Of a stretch of DNA of 64,000 nt, positions 48,411 through 57,725 are shown piece by piece. The translations under genes were made by a program, and so were the position numbers. The notes beneath the pieces were generated by a model that saw only the letters and a list, made by a program, of their open reading frames with translations, had not been told where the DNA came from and did not search any database. Within the stretch, counting starts at the first letter, position 1. Every line of letters starts with the position of its first letter. Source of the stretch: Candidatus Nomurabacteria bacterium (lineage in GTDB: Bacteria; Patescibacteriota; Minisyncoccia; Phycocordibacterales; UBA918); contig JACKGI010000002.1 of assembly GCA_020632015.1 (NCBI GenBank), forward strand, positions 155,121 to 219,120, read 5' to 3'.

Positions 48411-48725
48411 CTAATCAGAGTAGAGCTTATTCTTGAGAGCTTTTAGATTGTCAAAGTACGACCGAGCTTTGACACGGAGTTCATCAGTGAAAAACTTATT
48501 GGCAGATTGCTCAATACCTTTCTTGTATTCAAAGATGAATAAGGCACGACGATTGGTGCGGTCCAAGTTCTTGAGTTTGTATCCAAGCGTCAAAAGTGAC
48601 GCTGATACACCCAAGTCATAGGTGGTGAAGACGTTAGATTGGTCTTCTGTATTTTTCTTGTTCATAGTCATTTTGCTAGTTGATAGTTGAGACAGGTGCC
48701 TCATAAACGACTGGCGAAAAATCAC
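48411..48725 (-). CDS. Small protein, possibly DUF5659-like
   Basis: FTTYDLGVSASLLTLGYKL..LDRTN.RRALFIFEY resembles my recollection of DUF5659. The likely true start is MTMNKK at 48671. Confidence 0.4.
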   Translation of the reverse strand: MIFRQSFMRHLSQLSTSKMTMNKKNTEDQSNVFTTYDLGVSASLLTLGYKLKNLDRTNRRALFIFEYKKGIEQSANKFFTDELRVKARSYFDNLKALKNKLYSD

Positions 48726-48734
48726 TCAAATACA

Positions 48735-48760
48735 AAAAGACCCGATGTCATCGGGTCTTT
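48735..48760 (-). terminator. Intrinsic terminator after the 638-aa ORF
   Basis: GACCCGAT-GAC-ATCGGGTC followed by TTTTTG on the minus strand. Confidence 0.75.
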
Positions 48761-48786
48761 GAATGTCTGGTTTTTTATTCGATTTG

Positions 48787-50703
48787 TTACCGAGCTAGGT
48801 CACTAAAGATGTCACCAACTTCTTCTGAAAGTGTATCTTGCTGTGGTTTTGTGGGCTGTTTGTCTACATCTTTGTTATAGAAAATGGTCATTTTTAGTTT
48901 ATAACCAGTTTGAGTTGTGTACTCTTTGAACGGTTCAGTATCAAGTGAAAAATACTCCATCAAACGTTTTGATAATCGTAACTTGTGCTGTTTATAGTTG
49001 TCACTTGCATTACCATCACTAGCTTTTAGTGAACCGTTATTCTCTGCAAGTGCTTTCAAAAACATCCATTGGAGATTTGGTGGCTGACCATTCTTTCGAT
49101 TATCAGCAAATCCCATATCAGCATAGCCCGTCTTGTGAACCGTGCCAGCTACTTGTATCTCGACTGTTTCATCATCAAGAAATCTCATCGTGATACTTTC
49201 CCAGCGTGTGCCAGATGGGATAGTTTTAGGATAAGTAGATTGCTTTTTAGCTTTCTTCTTACTGGTCTTGGTGTCTGCATTTTCGTGAATAAGACGCATT
49301 GCTGGTATGTCATCATATTTATTGTCTGGCTCATCTGTAGCGGTCCGTTTATTGGCAATCAGCGAGTTGATGGCTTCGAGTGCCACTTCATCGTCGGTCA
49401 TATCTGGCGTTGTTTCTGCTTTACTGATGAGCTTTGAGATGTCGCTGTGTGCTTTATATAAGCGTGGTCTAATAGCATCCCAACTCAATGTCGCCCTATC
49501 TCCATTCAGGTCAGTATGAATGAGTGATTGCCAATCGTGTTCAGCTGAATACAAATCCTCAAACGGACGGTAGAACTCAATCTTATGTCGCTTGAGCGGT
49601 ATCGAGTTCAGTAGTAACTGGATTTTATTCGCTAGTTTTACGTACGCATCATTCACTTCTGGGTCTGGCTTGGTTGTATCTTCACAAAACATTTCAATTA
49701 TGTGCATATACGCCTGATGATACTCTCGTATCTTCATCAAACGACCTTTGTTTTTGATGATAATCGGGTCGTCTTCTTTCAAGCTATCAGCTAAACTCTG
49801 GATGATTTCAGCTTCAGTTTGTTTAGGTTTTTTGACCTTTCGATTGATTTCTTTAGGTATTGGCTCAATCGTGTACGTCCCGTCAGTTTCTATCAACGTC
49901 AACTTGTCATACGCTAAAAAGCGGTCTATTTTCTCTTTGAACTGGTCCAGATTTTCTAGGTACGGCTCATAATTGATTGGTTGCAACAAAGCTGAAAGAA
50001 CACGTGCGATGTGTCTATCTGCGCTGATGTCTTTCTGTCGCATTGTTTGCAGAACATCGTTGAGGTCAAAGAATGTATATTCCTGACTTCTATCAAGATA
50101 ATCTTGCACTACCGAAAGAGGATAAATATATTTTATCTCTTTGAGAATTGGCTCAATTATCCGTATTACTTCATAACGTTGCAGTGGCAACTCACCAGCA
50201 ATCAAGCTAATTGCCTTACTGCTAATTGAACATTTGTTGACATCTGGCAAGTCATCCGCTTTCGGGGCATCGAACACGCCCTCCTCATTCTTGGGTACTG
50301 GACTGCCTTTTGATACTTTTTCTGGCTTTGGTTTTTCTTCTGGTTCATCAGTACTTGCTGGGACCAGTGTGGCGGTTTTATCAGTGTACTCGACCTCAAT
50401 ATCATCATATGAAAGTATTTCGTTCAGTCGTCCAATAAACGCTTCTCTACTGACTGCTCGTTGCTCACCTTTGAAGTTGAGTGGATGACAAAACTCTGCA
50501 ATCAGCTCTGGTATTTCAGTGTTTGTGTTTGGTGCTTTTGCGAACGCATCGAGTGTAATCCGCCATTTAGCGTATAAACTTTCATCTGTCTCAATATCAA
50601 AATCACTGAAAACAGTGGTTATTTCTTTTGTGCTGAAGTACTCACCGATAGCGTGAGCCACACTTTCTTTCACTCGATTACTGATTTTCATTGTCATTTT
50701 CAT
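48787..50703 (-). CDS. Island core protein, unknown function (638 aa)
   Basis: Long ORF divergent from the HTH gene. No motif recognised. Confidence 0.65.
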   Translation of the reverse strand: MKMTMKISNRVKESVAHAIGEYFSTKEITTVFSDFDIETDESLYAKWRITLDAFAKAPNTNTEIPELIAEFCHPLNFKGEQRAVSREAFIGRLNEILSYDDIEVEYTDKTATLVPASTDEPEEKPKPEKVSKGSPVPKNEEGVFDAPKADDLPDVNKCSISSKAISLIAGELPLQRYEVIRIIEPILKEIKYIYPLSVVQDYLDRSQEYTFFDLNDVLQTMRQKDISADRHIARVLSALLQPINYEPYLENLDQFKEKIDRFLAYDKLTLIETDGTYTIEPIPKEINRKVKKPKQTEAEIIQSLADSLKEDDPIIIKNKGRLMKIREYHQAYMHIIEMFCEDTTKPDPEVNDAYVKLANKIQLLLNSIPLKRHKIEFYRPFEDLYSAEHDWQSLIHTDLNGDRATLSWDAIRPRLYKAHSDISKLISKAETTPDMTDDEVALEAINSLIANKRTATDEPDNKYDDIPAMRLIHENADTKTSKKKAKKQSTYPKTIPSGTRWESITMRFLDDETVEIQVAGTVHKTGYADMGFADNRKNGQPPNLQWMFLKALAENNGSLKASDGNASDNYKQHKLRLSKRLMEYFSLDTEPFKEYTTQTGYKLKMTIFYNKDVDKQPTKPQQDTLSEEVGDIFSDLAR

Positions 50704-50718
50704 TTCACAACGTCAACA

Positions 50719-50746
50719 TTGAGTAGACAAAACGGTTGTGTATAAT
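50719..50746 (+). promoter_or_regulatory. Sigma70-like promoter (TTGAGT-N16-TATAAT) for the HTH / R-M block
   Basis: TTGAGT at 50719-24 and TATAAT at 50741-46, only about 12 nt before the 50758 ATG. Confidence 0.5.
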
Positions 50747-50757
50747 GATGTTACCAA

Positions 50758-50976
50758 ATGTTAGGTAAAACACCAATGAGCAAAAACCCTAAAAAAGACG
50801 TAAATGTGCCTGAATTGCTCACTCTTTCTGAAGCGTGTGAGCTTTTGAAAGTGCATCCAAATACATTGCGTCAGTGGGATAAAAAAGGTGTGTTGCCAGC
50901 AATTAGAATTGGTACAAAGCGAATACGTAGATATCGCAAAGAAGACATCATCAAGATGTTGGATGAAAAAGTATGA
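50758..50976 (+). CDS. Excisionase-family (MerR-superfamily) helix-turn-helix DNA-binding protein
   Basis: LLTLSEACELLKVHPNTLRQWDKKGVLPAIRIGTKRIRRYRKEDI matches the excisionase-type HTH pattern. Confidence 0.75.
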   Translation: MLGKTPMSKNPKKDVNVPELLTLSEACELLKVHPNTLRQWDKKGVLPAIRIGTKRIRRYRKEDIIKMLDEKV

Positions 50977-51031
50977 TTGATATCTAACACTACAATCCGC
51001 CTAACCTCACGTTGTGAGCACGGCATACAAT

Positions 51032-51184
51032 ATCCCGACCAAGATAGTAACCTCCTCATCAGGTTGTTGCACTCTTGGTCGGGTCGTAGCTCGAAAGGGC
51101 TATGGGCAGTTGGAAACAGCTGTTGCAGTCAACTCTGGTGAGGAGTTTTCTGTTTTACAAATCCATTCATAAATCCCGACCAAG
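51032..51184 (+). promoter_or_regulatory. Repeated 12-nt motif (ATCCCGACCAAG, two copies) plus one inverted copy upstream of and abutting the mod start codon
   Basis: Direct copies lie at 51032-51043 and 51173-51184. The second ends 2 nt before the ATG at 51187. The inverted CTTGGTCGGG lies at 51074-51083. GAAA-tetraloop hairpins lie in between. Confidence 0.35.
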
Positions 51185-51186
51185 GT

Positions 51187-53178
51187 ATGAACACAAAAAC
51201 AAAGAAATCCGCCACTGGCGGTGACAAACAGCCGTCCCAAAAACTTTCTGCAACGAAAGGTCGAGCAATGCTTGAATGGTATGGCAAACGTGCTCCAAAA
51301 AGTATCGACTGGTTTCCAGCTCAAGAAAAAGAAGTATACGGCAATCTCAAAGCCAAAGATTGGAACAAGCTATTTTGGGGTGATAACAAGCAGGTACTCT
51401 CACACTTACTCAAGGAGTATCGTGGCAAAGTTGATTTGATATATATTGACCCTCCGTTTGATAGCAAAGCTGACTACGTCAAAAAGGTGAAGCTAAACGG
51501 TCAAAAACTACAAGGTGTGGACCAGAGTGTACTCGAAGAAATGCAGTACACCGATATGTGGGAAAAAGATGAGTACCTACAGTTTATGTACGAACGGCTC
51601 ATCATTATGCGTGAGTTACTCACTGATAAAGGTGCATTCTATTTACACTGTGATTGGCATAAAGGTTCACATTTGAGATTGATAATGGATGAGGTTTTTG
51701 GTGACGACAATTTTCGCTCTGGCATTACGTGGCAAAGAAGTACGTCTGGTAAAACAGCGACAAAAACCTACATCGACAACACAGACATAATACTTTTCTA
51801 CTCAAAGGGCGATGATTTTTTATACAATCCAGTATTCCAGCCATTGTCACCGACTACTGTAGCAATGTACAAGTTTGATGATAAGGATGGACGTGGTAAA
51901 TATCGTATTTTCCCATTACAAAAGACAGATAAAAGAACACCAGGAACAACATATGATTACACCGACAATAACGGTAAAGTGTGGAGCTGTCCCCCGAAAG
52001 GTTGGAGGATGGTAGAACCAAAACTAAAGGCACTGGAAAATGACAACCGTTTATTTATTGGTGAAAAAAGTATTGGTGAAAAAGCATACTGGGATGAACG
52101 AGAAAATGATGGAAAACTAGCAGATAATATATGGACCGACGTATCTAATCTTCAGGGTGCTAATCCTGAAATGCTTGATTACCCAACACAAAAACCAGAA
52201 AAACTCATTGAACGTATTATCAAAGCATCATCAAATGAGGGCGATTTAGTAATGGATTGTTTTGTTGGCTCTGGTAGCACTATCGCTGTTGCTGAAAAAC
52301 TAGGTAGACGATGGATTGGTTGTGACATCAATAAAGGAGCTATCATCACGTCTACAGAACGACTGAATAAGATTGTTCTTGAGCAAGGCAATAAAACTGG
52401 CTTCAAGGTTTATAACGTCAATCACTATGATGTCTTCAATAACGATATCCAAGCCAAACAGTTACTGATTGAAACATATCGAATTGATGAACTGTCTCGT
52501 GGTGATTTTGACGGAACTCTAGGAGCTGACTATGTAAAAATCATTTCACCTAATCGAGTATTTTCAAAGCTGGATGCTCATCACATCATTGATGCTATCA
52601 AGAAAAACAAAACGCTGTTTACTGCTAAAACTACCAGTACACAGAAAGAAAGTACGTTTGAAAACAAAGTCATTGTGATTTGTAGTGGAGCCGAGCTGGA
52701 TGTGCGTGACTTCATCAACCAAGAAAACAAGACAGGCGTTGATATTGAAGTGCGTGATATTCAAACAGATAAGCGTGAACTCGACTTCAAGAAGCCAACT
52801 GAAGCGTCTATTTCTTACGCAGTCAAAGGTAAGAAACTAAACGTTGAGGTAAAAGATTACTACTCGCCACTCTTGATGAAACGACTAGAACTAGAGAACG
52901 AGGGTCGTTTATCAAAGAAAGAACGGGTAAATGTGTTTGACTATCGCCAAGCGATTGAGCACGTTGTTATTGATATCAATTACGGTGAGGGTCAGAAGAA
53001 AAAAGAAGATATAGCATTCAATGCTGAAGCATTTTTGCACAAGAATAAAAAGAACGACCTTGTAGCTGTCACGCACGAACACAGCTACGAAAAAGCAGGA
53101 GTATATACAGTGGCGGTCAAGATTGTGGATGTGCTGGGTGAAGAATACTTTGAAACTAAAGAAATAACCGTCAAGTAA
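51187..53178 (+). CDS. mod: Type III restriction-modification methyltransferase (Mod; beta-class N6A/N4C MTase)
   Basis: LEWYGK N-terminal motif. DLIYIDPPFDS (motif IV) precedes DCFVGSGSTIAVAEKLGRRWIGCDI (motif I). Confidence 0.8.
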   Translation: MNTKTKKSATGGDKQPSQKLSATKGRAMLEWYGKRAPKSIDWFPAQEKEVYGNLKAKDWNKLFWGDNKQVLSHLLKEYRGKVDLIYIDPPFDSKADYVKKVKLNGQKLQGVDQSVLEEMQYTDMWEKDEYLQFMYERLIIMRELLTDKGAFYLHCDWHKGSHLRLIMDEVFGDDNFRSGITWQRSTSGKTATKTYIDNTDIILFYSKGDDFLYNPVFQPLSPTTVAMYKFDDKDGRGKYRIFPLQKTDKRTPGTTYDYTDNNGKVWSCPPKGWRMVEPKLKALENDNRLFIGEKSIGEKAYWDERENDGKLADNIWTDVSNLQGANPEMLDYPTQKPEKLIERIIKASSNEGDLVMDCFVGSGSTIAVAEKLGRRWIGCDINKGAIITSTERLNKIVLEQGNKTGFKVYNVNHYDVFNNDIQAKQLLIETYRIDELSRGDFDGTLGADYVKIISPNRVFSKLDAHHIIDAIKKNKTLFTAKTTSTQKESTFENKVIVICSGAELDVRDFINQENKTGVDIEVRDIQTDKRELDFKKPTEASISYAVKGKKLNVEVKDYYSPLLMKRLELENEGRLSKKERVNVFDYRQAIEHVVIDINYGEGQKKKEDIAFNAEAFLHKNKKNDLVAVTHEHSYEKAGVYTVAVKIVDVLGEEYFETKEITVK

Positions 53179-53179
53179 T

Positions 53180-55780
53180 ATGCAGTTATTTGTTCAAGCA
53201 CTACAAAGCAGAGTACATAAGTGGAAAGATGCTGGTTATGACGGTATTTACCCAGAAACAAGAAACATTCTGGCTCATATCGAAAGCAATAACTTTTTGC
53301 ACGAACCGCAGCGTGAAGCTCTTGAAACCTATATCTATCTCAAAGAGATACTCGACAACCGCTCGGTCCCACAGATAGTTGCCGAGTTTGCTGATAGTGA
53401 TACTGACTTTTTGAGAGTGCTCGGATTTGAGCCAGGAGTAATTGAGTTATGGAGTGACCTATCGCTAGAAAAACGAGCCGAACGGATACAAAAACAACTG
53501 GCTGAACTTGGTTTTGCTGAATATGGTTATGCAAACTACGTACTCGCTTTGACTATGGGTTCTGGTAAAACCATTCTGATGGGTACTTTGATGATGTATG
53601 AGTTTATTGTGTCATTCAAACATCCAGACGATACTCGCTTTGCCAAAAATGTACTGGTATTTGGACCAGCTGACACAGGGATTGTGGAAGTACTCAAGGA
53701 AATCAAAACCTTTGATTACAGCACAGTCATCCCACGAGAATATGAAGACATATTACTCAACGTAAAATACTGGTATTTAGAGAAACCAGAAACACCACTC
53801 AATCCGCTTGGTAACTACAACGTGATTGTGAGTAACTCATCCAAAATCATTTTACGTAACTGGACTGATAGCAATAAAGGTAATCGGTTGTTTGAACTAC
53901 GGAAAGAAACTGCCAACAAACGACTGACAGCAATCCAACAACTTGAAAACCTCGCTGTTTTTGTTGATGAAGCTCACCACTCTTATGGTGAGGATGTATC
54001 AAAGAAACTCAATCAATCACGTAAGACCATTCATCACCTCGCCGAGAATACAAACGTAGTAACGGTGGCTAACCTTACAGGTACACCATACGTAAAAAAT
54101 GTGATGTTACCTGACACGGTATACACGTTCAGTTTGCAACACGGCATCGAGAAAGGCATCTTGAAGCAAGTAACGGTTAGTAATCACGGTAGCAGTAACG
54201 AGGTCCAGTCCGAGGATTTTGTAAACTCTGTTGTTGATATGTTTTGGAAAGAATATGGAGATACTCGAATTGCTGAAAAATTGCCCAAAATTGCGTTTTA
54301 TACGACAGATATAACAATGCTCGAACAGCTAGAAGAAAACCTCGACAAAGCCCTCCAGCGGCTTCGTATACCCCTTTCAAAGAAGATTGTCTGGCACTCA
54401 ACGTATACAGGTGAGAAAAAGAAAGATGCTGACTACGAGTTCAATCGCCTAGATACACCTGAAAGTGAAAAACAGTTTATTCTGCTCGTGAACAAAGGGA
54501 CCGAGGGGTGGAACTGTAAATCATTGGTTGCGGTAGCTTTGTATAAAAACTCTACCAGTAATAACTTCGTTCTACAGGCATCGTGTCGTTGCTTGCGACG
54601 TATTGGAGACAATAGCGTAAAGGCACGAGTATTTTTATCTGACGAGAACTACAAAGTGCTCAACCGTGAACTTGAAAATAACTTCAATACTGACATCTCA
54701 CAACTGACAGGCAAAGTTCAGAATGAAGTGCAGGTTGATTTGGTGGTAGAAAAGAAGCGAACGGTCGAAATAAACCGCAAGCTAGTAGAAATACTATCTT
54801 CAAGTAATATCAATCCAAGTAAGATAAAAATTGACCTCAAGAAGATACCAGCTAAAAAAGAAATCCCACGTATCCAAGAGCGAGAAATAGCGTTGAGCGA
54901 TGATGGTAGAGCTATTTATAGTGACCCCGTATCAGTGCAGTCAGATGATATGCAAATCCAAGAACGTTCGTTTGGATACTACGACATTGTTGCTTTACTA
55001 CAACAAAAGACCCATCTTTCGTTCACAGCCATAAATGAGATTTTTGAAGCTAACAAAATTGACCGCTCTGCACTGGTAAAAGCGGTCGAGAAAAACTACT
55101 TGGTAGTTCACGGCATAGTCAATCAAATACTTGAGCAAGCTATCAGCTACGAGCAAAAAGAAACTATCAAAACAGAAATGTTGGAACTAACCAAGGCGTT
55201 TCCGTTCAAGATAAACGTCAAGCGAGAACTGCACGAAACGGACACTGAAGCGTTTGCTCGTAGCTTGCTGGTATACCGTGAACAAGAAGAAGCAAGTGGT
55301 CATAAATCGCAGTTTGGTTTTCACGTCAATCCGTATAACTTCGATAGTACTGACGAACTAGAGGTGTTCAAGTATCTACGGCAAGGTTTGCGTGACAACG
55401 AAGCCGTATCAGACGTTTATTTCACAGGTGGGATTACCAGCGATAAGCACAATGAGTTCTTTTTTGAGTACTGGAACCCAGCTGAAGAACGAATATCGAA
55501 ATACTTTCCAGATTTCTTGATTGAGACAACCAAAGGTCGCTATCTGGTCCTTGAAGTGAAAGATGACCGAGCAGAAACGAAGCTAGCGTATCAAAATGAT
55601 AAAAAGCGTTATCGTAAAGGCAACATCACAAAAGACCAGCTATCAAGCATTGTATACGCTAAAGAAGTTGGATTTGATGAGTTCAAAGCTCTCAATAAGA
55701 ACTTTGAATATCACATCATCTTCAACGGTACTGTCGCATCAAATCAGCAAGAAGTAAAAGAAGTGATAGACACTTTGTAG
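53180..55780 (+). CDS. res: Type III restriction enzyme Res subunit (SF2 helicase plus C-terminal PD-(D/E)xK nuclease)
   Basis: LTMGSGKT (motif I), VFVDEAHH (DEAH), and C-terminal FPDFLIE...LVLEVKD. The start is 2 nt after the mod stop. Confidence 0.8.
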   Translation: MQLFVQALQSRVHKWKDAGYDGIYPETRNILAHIESNNFLHEPQREALETYIYLKEILDNRSVPQIVAEFADSDTDFLRVLGFEPGVIELWSDLSLEKRAERIQKQLAELGFAEYGYANYVLALTMGSGKTILMGTLMMYEFIVSFKHPDDTRFAKNVLVFGPADTGIVEVLKEIKTFDYSTVIPREYEDILLNVKYWYLEKPETPLNPLGNYNVIVSNSSKIILRNWTDSNKGNRLFELRKETANKRLTAIQQLENLAVFVDEAHHSYGEDVSKKLNQSRKTIHHLAENTNVVTVANLTGTPYVKNVMLPDTVYTFSLQHGIEKGILKQVTVSNHGSSNEVQSEDFVNSVVDMFWKEYGDTRIAEKLPKIAFYTTDITMLEQLEENLDKALQRLRIPLSKKIVWHSTYTGEKKKDADYEFNRLDTPESEKQFILLVNKGTEGWNCKSLVAVALYKNSTSNNFVLQASCRCLRRIGDNSVKARVFLSDENYKVLNRELENNFNTDISQLTGKVQNEVQVDLVVEKKRTVEINRKLVEILSSSNINPSKIKIDLKKIPAKKEIPRIQEREIALSDDGRAIYSDPVSVQSDDMQIQERSFGYYDIVALLQQKTHLSFTAINEIFEANKIDRSALVKAVEKNYLVVHGIVNQILEQAISYEQKETIKTEMLELTKAFPFKINVKRELHETDTEAFARSLLVYREQEEASGHKSQFGFHVNPYNFDSTDELEVFKYLRQGLRDNEAVSDVYFTGGITSDKHNEFFFEYWNPAEERISKYFPDFLIETTKGRYLVLEVKDDRAETKLAYQNDKKRYRKGNITKDQLSSIVYAKEVGFDEFKALNKNFEYHIIFNGTVASNQQEVKEVIDTL

Positions 55781-56830
55781 TTAGTTCTTTAGCAAAAAAC
55801 AATAAAGGTTTTTCAAGTCCTCACTAACTCTATACTCATTAGCGTGCGACAAAGTTCCCAGATAAGAGTTCAATGATTGCTTTATGTTTCCATTAGCAAT
55901 CTCATCATTCTGGCACTCTCTCATTTTCTTGGTTAGACCTCTATACACTCGTCTTCTGGTCTTGGTTCGCAATCTCTTGTAGTGCGGTAAAACAACATAT
56001 CCAAGATAATCAACTCCACTGTGAAGTGTGCGAATTGCTACTTTGTTGGGATGCAAAGACAACTTCAGTTCATTATCAAGAAAATCAGATATGGGCTTTA
56101 GTAGGTCCACAAGATATTGTTTGTTATCTGCAACCACAACAAAATCATCGGTGTATCGAGCATAGTGCTTCACACTCATCGGATGCTTCATAAACTGGTC
56201 AAACTCATTCATATACACATTGGCAAATAGCTGTGAAGTTAGGTTGCCAATCGGCAATCCTTTACGGACAAAGAGGTTGGATTGTCCAGAAGCGAAACTG
56301 TCTATTACTTCACCAAGCAATCGCAGTGTATCTGTATCTTTTATTTTCCTACGCAAAATCGCAATCAAAACTGTATGGTCCACACTGTCAAAAAACTTCT
56401 GAATATCACACTTCAACACAAAGCACGGTTGAGTATAGTTTTTACTAACTTTTCTAGTTGCGTTCTCCAGCCACACAACTCCTCGATGTGTACCTTTGCC
56501 TGTTCTACACGAAAACGATGTGCTGATGAATGTTGGGTCAAACAACATATACAGCTTGATATAGATAGCGTGGTGCAACACACGGTCTCTAACTACCGCT
56601 TTGTGTATATGTCTCCGTTTTGGGTCGGTTATGTAAAAACCTTTGTACGGACCGTGACTGTAGGACTTATCTCGCAAATCTCTATGCAACTCAAATATAT
56701 TTTGCTCCAGTCGATATTCAAACCGCATCACATCTTTTTTCTTTGTTTTACCTCGACGAAACTCTTTCCACGCCAAGAACAGATTGCGTACCGACGTAAT
56801 CTCCTCATATAAGTTAGTAAATGTTTTCAT
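55781..56830 (-). CDS. Diversity-generating retroelement (DGR) reverse transcriptase
   Basis: ITDPKRRHIHKAVVRDRVLHHA, KCDIQKFFDSVDH, LPIGNLTSQLFANVYM (DGR-typical SQ motif) and YARYTDDFVVV (YxDD). The start is set at MKTFTN (56830); the longest ORF starts at 56860. Confidence 0.9.
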   Translation of the reverse strand: MKTFTNLYEEITSVRNLFLAWKEFRRGKTKKKDVMRFEYRLEQNIFELHRDLRDKSYSHGPYKGFYITDPKRRHIHKAVVRDRVLHHAIYIKLYMLFDPTFISTSFSCRTGKGTHRGVVWLENATRKVSKNYTQPCFVLKCDIQKFFDSVDHTVLIAILRRKIKDTDTLRLLGEVIDSFASGQSNLFVRKGLPIGNLTSQLFANVYMNEFDQFMKHPMSVKHYARYTDDFVVVADNKQYLVDLLKPISDFLDNELKLSLHPNKVAIRTLHSGVDYLGYVVLPHYKRLRTKTRRRVYRGLTKKMRECQNDEIANGNIKQSLNSYLGTLSHANEYRVSEDLKNLYCFLLKN

Positions 56831-56831
56831 T

Positions 56832-57179
56832 ATGGATGATTTTGATACACCGATTTTCAAGAAAAGCTACGACCTGTACCGTCAGCTTCACGAGCTACGA
56901 ATAAAAGTAGCTAAACAGGACCGTCACACACTCTGGCAACGGTTGGAAAATAACGCTCTCTCGGTAATAGAGGGTATCTTGCGTGCTAGTGCAATGACGA
57001 AAGATGAGAAACTACCAACGTTGCAAGCGGTTAGTCACGACCTCAATGTCGCTCGTGTATTCATTCGTCTGGCTAAAGACACCAAAGTGATTGATATTGG
57101 CAAATATGAGGACTTCCAAAGCCAAGTTGATGAGATTGGCAGGATGCTTGGTGGTTGGATAAAACAGGTAAAAAGCTAA
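56832..57179 (+). CDS. avd: Four-helix-bundle protein (23S rRNA intervening-sequence family), Avd-like DGR accessory protein
   Basis: About 115 aa and helical. PIFKKSYDLYRQLHELRIKVAKQDRHTLWQRLENNALSVIEGI fits the four-helix-bundle/Avd pattern. It lies between TR and RT but on the opposite strand. Confidence 0.7.
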   Translation: MDDFDTPIFKKSYDLYRQLHELRIKVAKQDRHTLWQRLENNALSVIEGILRASAMTKDEKLPTLQAVSHDLNVARVFIRLAKDTKVIDIGKYEDFQSQVDEIGRMLGGWIKQVKS

Positions 57180-57180
57180 A

Positions 57181-57210
57181 GTAAAACGCTCTAGATAAAG
57201 AGCGTTTTAC
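57181..57210 (-). terminator. Perfect 12-bp hairpin between avd stop and TR. It is terminator-like on the minus strand.
   Basis: GTAAAACGCTCT-AGATAA-AGAGCGTTTTAC. The minus-strand reading is followed by TTTAGCTTTTTAC. The plus-strand reading lacks a T tract. Confidence 0.55.
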
Positions 57211-57226
57211 CGTAGAGACCTGATAA

Positions 57227-57335
57227 CCGAGAGGACGAAACACCGATGTTGTCGTTACGGTTGTCATCCCAGTAGTTGTTGACGTTGAGACCGTCACCGT
57301 CGAAGTTACCGACGATGACACGGTTGTCGTCCGCA
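57227..57335 (-). repeat. DGR template repeat (TR), 109 nt, sense strand is minus
   Basis: Aligns to 57732-57840 at a constant offset of 505 nt with no indels. Has 8 AAC codons in the VR frame. Not part of a plausible ORF, because an in-frame TAA lies just upstream. Confidence 0.9.
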
Positions 57336-57604
57336 GACAGATGCCTAGCTCCGTCCGAGCCACTAGAGTTTGAGTATGGTCCTTATTGGCAATAAAGCAT
57401 CTTCTTACTCCTGTATTTTATGTAAGAGCACTCACTAGAGATATCTAGTGCGACCTCCTGTGAAGCTAGGCAAGAAATCAAATCCATACCTGATATGCAC
57501 TCTATTTACATCCAGTAAACGCAAATACGCTGACATAGTTTCAAGCAGAAACACTTGTGAGATGAAACCAGTAGTTGCACCTACACGAACAAGTATTGTG
57601 ATTT

Positions 57605-57644
57605 TATCATAAAAATAAGGACCCCAAGCGTGAGCAAGGGGTCC
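57605..57644 (-). terminator. Intrinsic terminator of the DGR target gene
   Basis: GGACCCC-12 nt-GGGGTCC followed on the minus strand by TTATTTTTAT. Confidence 0.7.
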
Positions 57645-57725
57645 AGTTTCCCATTTTGGAGCGAGGGCTTCGCCCAAAGAAAGGGTCAAGGATGCGAGAA
57701 TATCAAGTATTCAAGCAATCAAGGT

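Noticed and set aside
51100-51439. ORFs 51100..51324(-) and 51221..51439(+) at the mod 5' end
   Set aside because: They overlap the well-supported methyltransferase CDS and the structured upstream region, and have no independent support.
56220-56812. Plus-strand ORFs 56220..56402, 56233..56448 and 56282..56812 inside the RT gene
   Set aside because: They are antisense to a strongly supported RT CDS and have no motifs or RBS.
57073-57363. 96-aa minus-strand ORF covering TR and part of avd (Thr/Val/Ser-rich)
   Set aside because: It is an off-frame read-through of the template repeat and antisense to avd. TR is expected to be non-coding, and in the VR-equivalent frame an upstream TAA blocks it.
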